Below, piece by piece: positions 56,912-64,000 of a stretch of DNA of 64,000 nucleotides; the stretch's first letter is position 1; every line of letters starts with the position of its first letter. This DNA comes from a phage: the sequence record PZ445450.1. One strand, 5' to 3'. Both the position numbers and the translations under genes were made by a program. The notes beneath the pieces are model-generated. The model was given only the letters and a program-made list of their open reading frames with translations. It did no database searches and was not told the origin of the DNA.

Positions 56912-58195
56912 TCATTCCAGCACCTCCCAAGTGTCTGGGTCAACATTTCGGACGCAGATACCGACAGGGAATTGGTAGTTGTTGTCTTCTGTCCTTGATT
57001 GATATTTGAAGGTGACAAACTTGCCGATCATTTCCTGCATCCTGTCATAGCTACGCTCCTCGTGCGTGCCTTTCATCTTCATTTTAACAACTATACCTTC
57101 CTTGTCAACGCAGATAAGAACACCTTCATCATTCTTATCTTTCTCAACGTCAATAACTTTCACCTCAGCATCGTTGAACTTTTTCCATTTCAATGCTTCA
57201 GATGTTCGCTGACCATATTCATATTTACCACAGAAGTTACGCATGATAGTACCTTCATATCCTTCGGACATGAATACACCAACAGATTCTTCGCAATGAT
57301 CAACTGTGTACGCAAGCTCTGCGTCAACAACCTTGATATGGTCAAGCATCAGGGTGGTAATGGTATCTTCTGCATCCATAAGATCCTTGCATCGTCCAGA
57401 TTCTGTTTCCGGATCCCACCATACCTTGTCACTAGGAATGTCGAAAATATGATACTCTAAGTCATAGCTACAGTACCCTCCGTAACGCAAATCATCACGA
57501 ACAGGCTCAACATCAACAGGAATATCTACCTTATTGAAGTTTTTGTATGTTGATAAGCCTGCCTTAATTGCGGCATGACGGCGTTTTTTATCTGCCTCGT
57601 AGTCTTTATCGATCTCGGCCTGAATCTCTTCCTGTGTGCGCCAACGTTTAGCAAGAGACACTATTTTCTGCAGAGGCAGACCATGAATATAGATCTCTCC
57701 GTCGAGCTGTTTAATCCCGGTGGTGAAGTGGAAAGAACGAAGTTGCTCCAGAAGCTTTCCTTGAATAGGGTAGGACTTATTACCACGGGAAATAAATTTA
57801 GGCTCACCGTTTTGGAAAACAACCAGTAGACGAAGGCCATCTAACTTACGCAAGATCCAGCAGGGTAATTTAAGTGCCTTTCCACGCTTCAGGTAGTCAT
57901 GCACCAGCATGGGTAAAAGGTCAACACCCTGCTCGCAATCTTCCATATTTTCAACATACCCCAGACGGACTTGTTTTTCCCACTTACTGATCGCTTCCAG
58001 CTCAGCCTGTTGCTCAGCTGTAGTTTCATTGGCACGGCCCACGTTCTTAGGTGTGCAGATCGTCTCTTTGTATTGCAGTTTACCATCAAGCTTGCCAAAC
58101 TCTACGATAACCTTATCACCATCCGTGAATACTTTCCACTGTTGGTAGCTGCCATCTTTGTTCAGTGCGTACAGTGTTGTTTTGATCTGATGCAT
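56912..58195 (-). CDS. ATP-dependent DNA ligase
   Basis: Motif I LRKLDGLR (KxDG); motif III LDGEIYIHG; motif IV EGTIMR; motif V LKWKK. Confidence 0.8.
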   Translation of the reverse strand: MHQIKTTLYALNKDGSYQQWKVFTDGDKVIVEFGKLDGKLQYKETICTPKNVGRANETTAEQQAELEAISKWEKQVRLGYVENMEDCEQGVDLLPMLVHDYLKRGKALKLPCWILRKLDGLRLLVVFQNGEPKFISRGNKSYPIQGKLLEQLRSFHFTTGIKQLDGEIYIHGLPLQKIVSLAKRWRTQEEIQAEIDKDYEADKKRRHAAIKAGLSTYKNFNKVDIPVDVEPVRDDLRYGGYCSYDLEYHIFDIPSDKVWWDPETESGRCKDLMDAEDTITTLMLDHIKVVDAELAYTVDHCEESVGVFMSEGYEGTIMRNFCGKYEYGQRTSEALKWKKFNDAEVKVIDVEKDKNDEGVLICVDKEGIVVKMKMKGTHEERSYDRMQEMIGKFVTFKYQSRTEDNNYQFPVGICVRNVDPDTWEVLE

Positions 58196-58464
58196 TACTC
58201 GGCCTCTTCCTTAAAAATTTTAAACATCTCTTCTTTGCTCATTACCAACCAGTCTCCCATAAAGTCAACTAGCCAATCTCCCTGGTACAAGACAAGGTTA
58301 CCAAAAGGCTCGACAAGCTCACACATGCGACGAAGATCTCTGGTCCGAACAGGTGACGATGTAAACACACCTGTATCAATCCACCGTTGCAGATCAGATA
58401 CTGATGAAGAGCTTCCGTCAAACTGATGTGCTTCTACAGGTTTAGCAAGATTAAATAACGGCAT
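58195..58464 (-). CDS. Hypothetical protein
   Basis: 89 aa ORF; start overlaps the stop of the upstream gene. Confidence 0.45.
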   Translation of the reverse strand: MPLFNLAKPVEAHQFDGSSSSVSDLQRWIDTGVFTSSPVRTRDLRRMCELVEPFGNLVLYQGDWLVDFMGDWLVMSKEEMFKIFKEEAE

Positions 58465-58759
58465 TGCAGTCCTCCTTCTGTAGTAGGTCTTTTATAGGAT
58501 AAACAAGTAAGTGTGGGTCGTAATAACGTATAGTCCTATTCTGCCACACTATGAACTTTATTACAACCAAATTTACAATATCTTTATCACCATGTAGCCC
58601 AACACACACATTTGTCCATATTTTGTGGTTGAAGACCTTGCTATCGATGTAGATTTTAGTGTCAAACTTATCTTCCATTCTACCAATAAGTTTGATCAGC
58701 TCCTTCATCTGGTCGCCAAACACAGCATCTTTTTCAAGATCTCTGGAATGCTTGTACAT
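58451..58759 (-). CDS. Hypothetical protein
   Basis: 102 aa ORF. Confidence 0.45.
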   Translation of the reverse strand: MYKHSRDLEKDAVFGDQMKELIKLIGRMEDKFDTKIYIDSKVFNHKIWTNVCVGLHGDKDIVNLVVIKFIVWQNRTIRYYDPHLLVYPIKDLLQKEDCNAVI

Positions 58760-58785
58760 AACTGACTACCTCACTGCATACTTTC

Positions 58786-58816
58786 CATAATAAGTAAAGC
58801 CGGGTAATCCCGGCTA
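58786..58816 (-). terminator. Rho-independent terminator
   Basis: agccgggattacccggct plus T-rich tail on the - strand. Confidence 0.55.
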
Positions 58817-58821
58817 TGTTG

Positions 58822-59535
58822 TTAAATATACTCTGTTACATCCTTGAAGCTCGAAGGCTTCATAATCTTACCTTTACTGTCAAGGAATATAATAACTTTA
58901 TTGCCGTTGTAGAACTCCTCTTTAGCAACGAAACCTTCGTAGCGACCACCAAAACGACGCTCAAGATCTTTAATCTCCAACTCGATGAGTTGTTCAGCAG
59001 GCATATCTGCACTGGCACCGTGTGAATGCCGTAGATGGTTGATCCGTGCAAACTTACTGTCATTAGATTTTAGAACCTTCCGCATCATCCCACACACATC
59101 CCCGCTAAGCTGGAACAGTAAAGCTGTTGATAACTCCGCTAGTCGGTAAGCTGACGCTCTTTGCTTGGATGTGTTTTTCGCAGCGATCAGTGTATCATAG
59201 AACTCACCGATCTTGAACTTAAGACCTCGCGGATTATCAAACAGGTTTGACCACTTTTCGTGGTTATCATTAACAAGATAAGCTGCATAACTTGTGACAA
59301 CGTGAAGATCGCAGGCCTCTTTTAGCAGGTGATCTCCACCATCACCTTTCTCCAGCTCTTCCAAAACCTCATTGAACTCTTCCTCAATGAAGCTAAGCTG
59401 TAATTCGAATGGTGTGTATGATTTTTTCACTTTAGCTGCCACACGGTTCCAGTTTTCCACCCAGTTGGCAGACCAAAGGTAGTTTTCAGGCTGGGACAGT
59501 TTTTCCAGGTTGTCGATCAGTTTAGTATTCAGCAT
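58822..59535 (-). CDS. MazG-like nucleotide pyrophosphohydrolase (putative)
   Basis: FIEEEFNEVLEELEKGD fits the E..E...E..D all-alpha NTP-PPase motif; remainder unassigned. Confidence 0.35.
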   Translation of the reverse strand: MLNTKLIDNLEKLSQPENYLWSANWVENWNRVAAKVKKSYTPFELQLSFIEEEFNEVLEELEKGDGGDHLLKEACDLHVVTSYAAYLVNDNHEKWSNLFDNPRGLKFKIGEFYDTLIAAKNTSKQRASAYRLAELSTALLFQLSGDVCGMMRKVLKSNDSKFARINHLRHSHGASADMPAEQLIELEIKDLERRFGGRYEGFVAKEEFYNGNKVIIFLDSKGKIMKPSSFKDVTEYI

Positions 59536-59548
59536 TAAAGGTCTCCTT

Positions 59549-60310
59549 TTAAAGTTCCATAAAGTTTTCTACAGTTTCAATAAATGCTTTATCAGAGAAA
59601 GCGTCAACAGCACCGTTAAACCATACAGGGATCCCGCGATCCTCATATTGATAAAGGTCGCTACGTGAAATGCCACTTCCATCTGCACTCTGCGAATCAT
59701 ACTTGTTTACAATCAGCAGTTTTGTGCCTTTACAAGTAGCAGGAAACAATTCCCAGTTAAAATTAATAACTGTGTTAGAACAACCTACCAGGATCACCAT
59801 ATCATTGCTTGTGAGAGATGTCAACAGGTCATACATGTCTGTATACTTAGGAGCAACCTCACCGAAGAACACTACATTGGGCTTAACCCAGGTATACTTG
59901 CCTGTATCTACCTCCGTGTATCCGATATTTTTAATTACATCATTACCTTCAGCATCTTCGTAGGTGATTTCAGGCAAATACCCGTGGACATGTAAAATAT
60001 CTTCATGTTTTACACCAGCACGCTCCAGCAAATCATCTACATTGGTAGTAAGGTTGATCACACGACCAGACCAGCGGGAATACCACTCAGCGATCCGAAG
60101 ATGTGCAAGGTTAGGATCAACACTGCCCAGAGCTACACGACGTGCATTGTAAAAGTCATGCACCTTATAGTAGTTCTTGGCAAAGGTGTGGATGTTGCAC
60201 ACCTCATCGATGCTGAAATTCTCCCACATTGCAGTGCTACCAGATCGGAAAGTGGGAATACCAGATTCAGCGCTCAAACCAGCACCGGAGATAATAATCA
60301 GTCGTCGCAT
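59549..60310 (-). CDS. Sir2 (sirtuin) family NAD-dependent enzyme
   Basis: GAGLSAESGIPTFR, TTNVDDLLERAG, HVHG, PNVVFFGE and VGCSNTV motifs; no CxxC...CxxC zinc module. Confidence 0.75.
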   Translation of the reverse strand: MRRLIIISGAGLSAESGIPTFRSGSTAMWENFSIDEVCNIHTFAKNYYKVHDFYNARRVALGSVDPNLAHLRIAEWYSRWSGRVINLTTNVDDLLERAGVKHEDILHVHGYLPEITYEDAEGNDVIKNIGYTEVDTGKYTWVKPNVVFFGEVAPKYTDMYDLLTSLTSNDMVILVGCSNTVINFNWELFPATCKGTKLLIVNKYDSQSADGSGISRSDLYQYEDRGIPVWFNGAVDAFSDKAFIETVENFMEL

Positions 60311-60318
60311 AAGTGTCC

Positions 60319-60699
60319 TCAGTAGATGTTTTGTTTAATCTCTATTCCAAACTTCTTGAATGAGTCAGCAGCAAGCATAAATTTACGAGCTGCCGATGGA
60401 TTAGAAGTATGCACGAAAATAATCACGTTGTCAATAAGTGGTGGCTTTCCGAATACAAGTTTCTCCTCTAGCGCAGAGAAGCAGTCGTACCCTTCAAGCA
60501 CTTCACCTAGATCATTGTCAAAATGCCACTCAGAAACGCTCCTGTAGAGCTTTCTATTATCGTTAATAAAATCCATGAACTCAGAAGAGTTCTTCAGCCA
60601 AAGAGCATCTTGGATTCCGTAATTTGACGGATCTCTCAAGTCATCTAGCCACACAATCAACTTCTTCATTGCATATAGTCCTCGTTGTGAAAATAGCAA
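60319..60699 (-). CDS. Hypothetical protein
   Basis: 126 aa ORF lying between the Sir2 and ligase-like genes. Confidence 0.45.
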   Translation of the reverse strand: MLFSQRGLYAMKKLIVWLDDLRDPSNYGIQDALWLKNSSEFMDFINDNRKLYRSVSEWHFDNDLGEVLEGYDCFSALEEKLVFGKPPLIDNVIIFVHTSNPSAARKFMLAADSFKKFGIEIKQNIY

Positions 60700-61583
60700 T
60701 CAAGTATCTCACGGCGTTCCTGCTCCAGGAGGCAGTTCCACACATCTTCTGTGTAATTGCTACGAATGAAGTTTACCATGCCATAAAACTCTTCGTCAAT
60801 ACGTTTAAAGATATCATCATCCCAAATCTTCCAAGCTTTACCCCTCATTACGGCCTTCCGTGCCAAATAGTATGGAGACTTGATCTTCAGCTGCAGGTCA
60901 TAAGGGTAGTAAGGCTTACGGATCATATACCCTTCGCCCCTTGTTTCTGCAGCTAATTCTTTTGCATAGCTGAACGGGATTTCACGCACAGTGTGAGGAC
61001 GTTTTGCACCAAGGTATTTGGCAATTCCATCTAAAGCTGCTTCTGGTAGCATTATTCCAGAATCATTATATCTGCAACCTATCAAATATGCGCCATGGTC
61101 TTCTTGAACAATATGCGGATCTGAAGGGTGACAAATTTCAAACATGAATGTCATGTTTTCATTGCCCATAACCTTCTTGATAAGATCTAAATTACCACAT
61201 TGCTCTTGGATGGTTTCCTTTGCAAGGTTACAATATGGAGAATCAAGAGACCCGGTTGTTGAGAACAATAGGTCACCTTTATGAGATGATACCACACCAA
61301 GGAATCCGTTCTTTTTCTCTACCGCAGTCACAAGCTTATTGTCAGGCAGGTTGGTGGAGTTTTCTCCCAAGTTAAACACTTTTGTGAAGGGCCATGCCAC
61401 AACATTTCCTTCATTACCTACAACAATGCCTCGGCACTCCAGTAAACGAGGGGACAAATGCCATAAATTGTTGTAAAATACTTTTCTAGCATATTTATAG
61501 ATCTTTAACCCGAGATCTGGGTAATACCTACTGGTTACAAGACCTTTGTCAACTAGGTCGTCTGCATTAAAATACTTCATCAT
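60666..61583 (-). CDS. RNA ligase-like nucleotidyltransferase (Rnl2-like motifs)
   Basis: Motif I VEKKNGF (KxNG), motif IV EGYMIRKPYYP, motif V LKIKSP, compared with T4 Rnl2 EKIHGTN / EGYVLKP / IKCKN; GAGGA RBS. Confidence 0.55.
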   Translation of the reverse strand: MMKYFNADDLVDKGLVTSRYYPDLGLKIYKYARKVFYNNLWHLSPRLLECRGIVVGNEGNVVAWPFTKVFNLGENSTNLPDNKLVTAVEKKNGFLGVVSSHKGDLLFSTTGSLDSPYCNLAKETIQEQCGNLDLIKKVMGNENMTFMFEICHPSDPHIVQEDHGAYLIGCRYNDSGIMLPEAALDGIAKYLGAKRPHTVREIPFSYAKELAAETRGEGYMIRKPYYPYDLQLKIKSPYYLARKAVMRGKAWKIWDDDIFKRIDEEFYGMVNFIRSNYTEDVWNCLLEQERREILDCYFHNEDYMQ

Positions 61584-61701
61584 ACGTTCCTCATTTGTCA
61601 TTTTGTCAGTCTATCCTGTCACACAAATAACCTAGTGTCAACACTTGAAATTAACAAAACAGTTAGATATACTATCGTTGAAATTAAAACGGAGGGTCAC
61701 T

Positions 61702-62112
61702 ATGTCTAAAATGCTATATATCGTGCGTGGTCTACCAGGGTCTGGCAAATCAACACTGGCAAATGCGCTATCTTTAGAGGGTCTGTATCCACATTTTGAG
61801 AAAGACATGTTCTGGTATGACGATGACGGCAATTACAACTGGGATGCAAGTAAAGTAACACTCGCAGCGAAATGGTGCAAAGATAACGTAGAAGATATGA
61901 TGCGTATGGGATACGACCGTATCGTGGTAAGTAATACGTTTACAAAAGAAAAACATGTGCAGGAATATGTTGACATGGCAATCAGTCATGGGTATAGTTA
62001 TACCGTGATCGTGGTTGAAAACCGCCACGGTAATAAAAGCATTCATGATGTTCCAGACAAGGTTGTGGATCGTATGGAACGCCAGCTTAAAAACTGCATT
62101 AAACTTAAATGA
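61702..62112 (+). CDS. Polynucleotide 5'-kinase (T4 Pnk kinase-domain-like)
   Basis: P-loop GLPGSGKST; VVSNTF matches Pnk IISDTNL; VPDKVVDRMERQL matches Pnk VPIDVLRSMYKSM; GGAGGG RBS. Confidence 0.7.
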   Translation: MSKMLYIVRGLPGSGKSTLANALSLEGLYPHFEKDMFWYDDDGNYNWDASKVTLAAKWCKDNVEDMMRMGYDRIVVSNTFTKEKHVQEYVDMAISHGYSYTVIVVENRHGNKSIHDVPDKVVDRMERQLKNCIKLK

Positions 62113-62119
62113 GGAATGT

Positions 62120-62674
62120 ATGAAATACTTTGTAACAAGCGACACACACTTTCTCCACCAGCGGGTCATGGAGTTTGATTCATGTCAAAAACACAGATCT
62201 CAGTATGATCACAATCTTGACAGTATGAATGCGGGAATCATCGCCGAATGGAACTCTGTTGTGTCACCTGCAGACACTGTGTTCCACTTGGGAGATATTG
62301 CGTGCACTAATGATAAGAATATCAACAACTTACTTCCAGATATTCTAAATATGTTGAACGGACATATTATTCTTGTTCGTGGCAACCATGACACAAGGAC
62401 GACTGTCAGAATTATGAAAGAGTTCGGTCATGAGGTTGTAGATTATTACGAGCTTCGCCACAACAAGAATTTGATCTGTATGAGCCATTACCAATTTGCA
62501 AAGTGGAACAGAAAGCCTCACGGATCAGTCCAACTGTTCGGTCATGCTCACGGAACCACACAACAGTTGTTTGGCAGGCAGCTTGATGTCGGTTGGGATG
62601 TGTGGGGGAGACTCTTACCATTAGAAGAGGCATACCGTATTGCAATGAGTTTTGCTATTGACAGCGGGGAGTAA
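62120..62674 (+). CDS. Calcineurin-like metallophosphoesterase
   Basis: VTSDTHF, HLGDI, RGNHD and GHAH motifs; GAGGAA RBS; start refined to ATG 62120. Confidence 0.75.
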   Translation: MKYFVTSDTHFLHQRVMEFDSCQKHRSQYDHNLDSMNAGIIAEWNSVVSPADTVFHLGDIACTNDKNINNLLPDILNMLNGHIILVRGNHDTRTTVRIMKEFGHEVVDYYELRHNKNLICMSHYQFAKWNRKPHGSVQLFGHAHGTTQQLFGRQLDVGWDVWGRLLPLEEAYRIAMSFAIDSGE

Positions 62675-62721
62675 TCCCTGCTATTTTAAAGAAAATTGCC
62701 ACACAAGGAGAATCAGGAGAT

Positions 62722-63072
62722 ATGAAAGATGGGGATAAGCTGCTATATCTTAAAGTCCCCCTTGAAATACTGTCTATGTCAAAAGTTTTGAATGACACAA
62801 CTGGAGAGGTTGTTGTTCTTGACTTATATGACAAGATCGTATACTGCTACCTGCACAACTGGTACAAGCTTGGAGGAAATTCACGCTTCACACCCAGCAC
62901 AAGGAAAATTGCAGCAGATGTTGGGATAAAGAAAACAAAAGCAGCAGCGTGCGTTAAAACTTTAGAATGTGCAGGAGTGGTTGAAATATCCACACAAGGG
63001 AGAGGTAAAAGATGCACATTTTCCAAAGTTTTGCCACCAGAAGAGGTTATTCGAATGTCAACAACTGGTTAG
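62722..63072 (+). CDS. Winged-helix/HTH DNA-binding protein (putative initiator or regulator)
   Basis: TRKIAADVGIKKTKAAACVKTLECAGVVE HTH-like segment; AAGGAGA RBS; followed by a 4x palindrome array. Confidence 0.5.
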   Translation: MKDGDKLLYLKVPLEILSMSKVLNDTTGEVVVLDLYDKIVYCYLHNWYKLGGNSRFTPSTRKIAADVGIKKTKAAACVKTLECAGVVEISTQGRGKRCTFSKVLPPEEVIRMSTTG

Positions 63073-63147
63073 ACCAGTAAAAACTTAAATATCTGTACTA
63101 TAAGGATTCGTATGTTTTATGTCCACCCCAGAGCAGAGGATAGTAAC

Positions 63148-63228
63148 TGTCCGTGATACGGACACTACTGTCCGTCACGCGGACACATCTGTCCGTAATA
63201 CGGACACTAACTGTCCGTGATACGGACA
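63148..63228. repeat. Array of four 17-bp palindromes TGTCCGT-nnn-ACGGACA at 21-22 bp spacing
   Basis: Copies start at 63148, 63169, 63190 and 63212; followed by an AT-rich tract with a 9-bp inverted repeat. Confidence 0.8.
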
Positions 63229-63734
63229 CATAAAGAATATAACTAAAATAACTAAATAATAAAAAAATAAAAGATCTAGTACTTATGGTACTAAAGTGCA
63301 TATACTTAACTTATGTAGAATATACTAGATCCTAAGTACCATGTTTTAAATTTATTACTTATTGTTGGTAGTGTCGGCCCTTCATTGGCACTCGCCTACG
63401 AGGGGCGAGATGCCGGGCCTCCATAGTGCACACAATGACAGAAGTGCATACATGCAGGACTGTTAACATGTGTGGGAGCGAAGCGATAGCGCAGGCCAAA
63501 GGCAGAGCACTAATGTTGACCACCGACGAAAGCTTGCCAGCGCCGGAAGGAGTCGGTTGAGAGACTCCCGCGCGAGTTCTGATAAAGTTTATGTGTGGAA
63601 ACTGACAAGAAGGCTCCTAAATCGCTCCACAGCTATATAAACTATACCAAGTAAGGCAATCGCACCAGTTTGATAGAAAAGCTCGTTACAAAGCGATACA
63701 GTGAGTTTTTCTATAACTTGAAGAGGAGGCTGCT

Positions 63735-64000
63735 ATGAGTTCACGCAAAGATGCCCGTGAAAAGATTGCAAAACGTTATCAGGATGAAGAACAGATGGAG
63801 AAAACTTTCAAGTGGAAGCCAGGTTTCCAGCGTAATCATTCTAACGCCCGTGATCGTAAGCATCCTGATAAGTGGCTAACACCGCCAAATGATGGCATGC
63901 AGGTTGGTGATGAGAAGGAGCTATCACCTGGAAAAGATGGCAACTACATTCGCACTAAGGACGCCAGTCCAAAGGATGACAGCTATCTTGTAGATAAGGT
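63735..64000 (+). CDS. Hypothetical protein (5' partial, runs off the window)
   Basis: Strong GAAGAGGAGG RBS plus ATG; open to the window end. Confidence 0.5.
   Translation, partial: MSSRKDAREKIAKRYQDEEQMEKTFKWKPGFQRNHSNARDRKHPDKWLTPPNDGMQVGDEKELSPGKDGNYIRTKDASPKDDSYLVDK

Noticed and set aside
63098-63301. Minus-strand ORF (67 aa) with repetitive translation RITDSSVRITD
   Set aside because: It is a translation of the four tandem 17-bp palindromes; it has no RBS, and the sequence is better explained as a protein-binding repeat array.
63480-63560. Possible TPP riboswitch (GCCAGCG...GGAAGGAG and GAGAGA segments)
   Set aside because: The motif order is reversed relative to the THI-box consensus on both strands and the P2/P3 pairing partners are missing.
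1-64000. tRNA genes
   Set aside because: No cloverleaf with a GTTCRANYC T-loop or canonical anticodon arm was found by eye in the intergenic regions; the best candidate (about 63380-63420) lacks U33 and an acceptor stem. A covariance-model scan would be decisive.

Overview
This window reads as a densely packed region of a virulent tailed-phage genome (host probably a Gram-negative bacterium, judging by sigma70-type promoters and an E. coli-SSB-like tail), organised as two convergent arms. Arm 1 (about 60-25330, + strand): a cytosine-C5 methyltransferase-like gene, a primase-helicase, a proofreading family-A DNA polymerase, an SSB-like protein, then about 45 small ORFs each behind a TTGACA/TATAAT-type promoter, a 5' hairpin plus CA-rich leader and a strong Shine-Dalgarno. 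Arm 2 (27838-61583, - strand): a run of small acidic proteins including an HPF/RaiA homolog, two N6-adenine methyltransferases, ClpP-like protease, PhoH, anaerobic (NrdD/NrdG) and aerobic (NrdA/NrdB) ribonucleotide reductases, ThyX, nucleotidase, dNMP kinase, exonuclease, endonuclease VII, RuvC-like resolvase, flap endonuclease, lambda-R-like endolysin, two HNH endonucleases, ATP-dependent DNA ligase, a MazG-like protein and a Sir2-family protein. At 60.7-62.7 kb a ligase-like nucleotidyltransferase sits divergent from a T4-Pnk-like kinase and a metallophosphoesterase: a candidate split RNA healing-and-sealing module. Other features of note: a 2.5 kb repeat-rich non-coding zone between the arms, a lambda-ori-like array of four palindromes next to an HTH gene, several conserved intergenic repeat families, and a small gene interrupted by an in-frame amber codon. 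No rRNA, tRNA or CRISPR array was found. All calls rest on reading the sequence and motif recall; no database search was run, and the CDS features listed are those I could support, not an exhaustive gene call.
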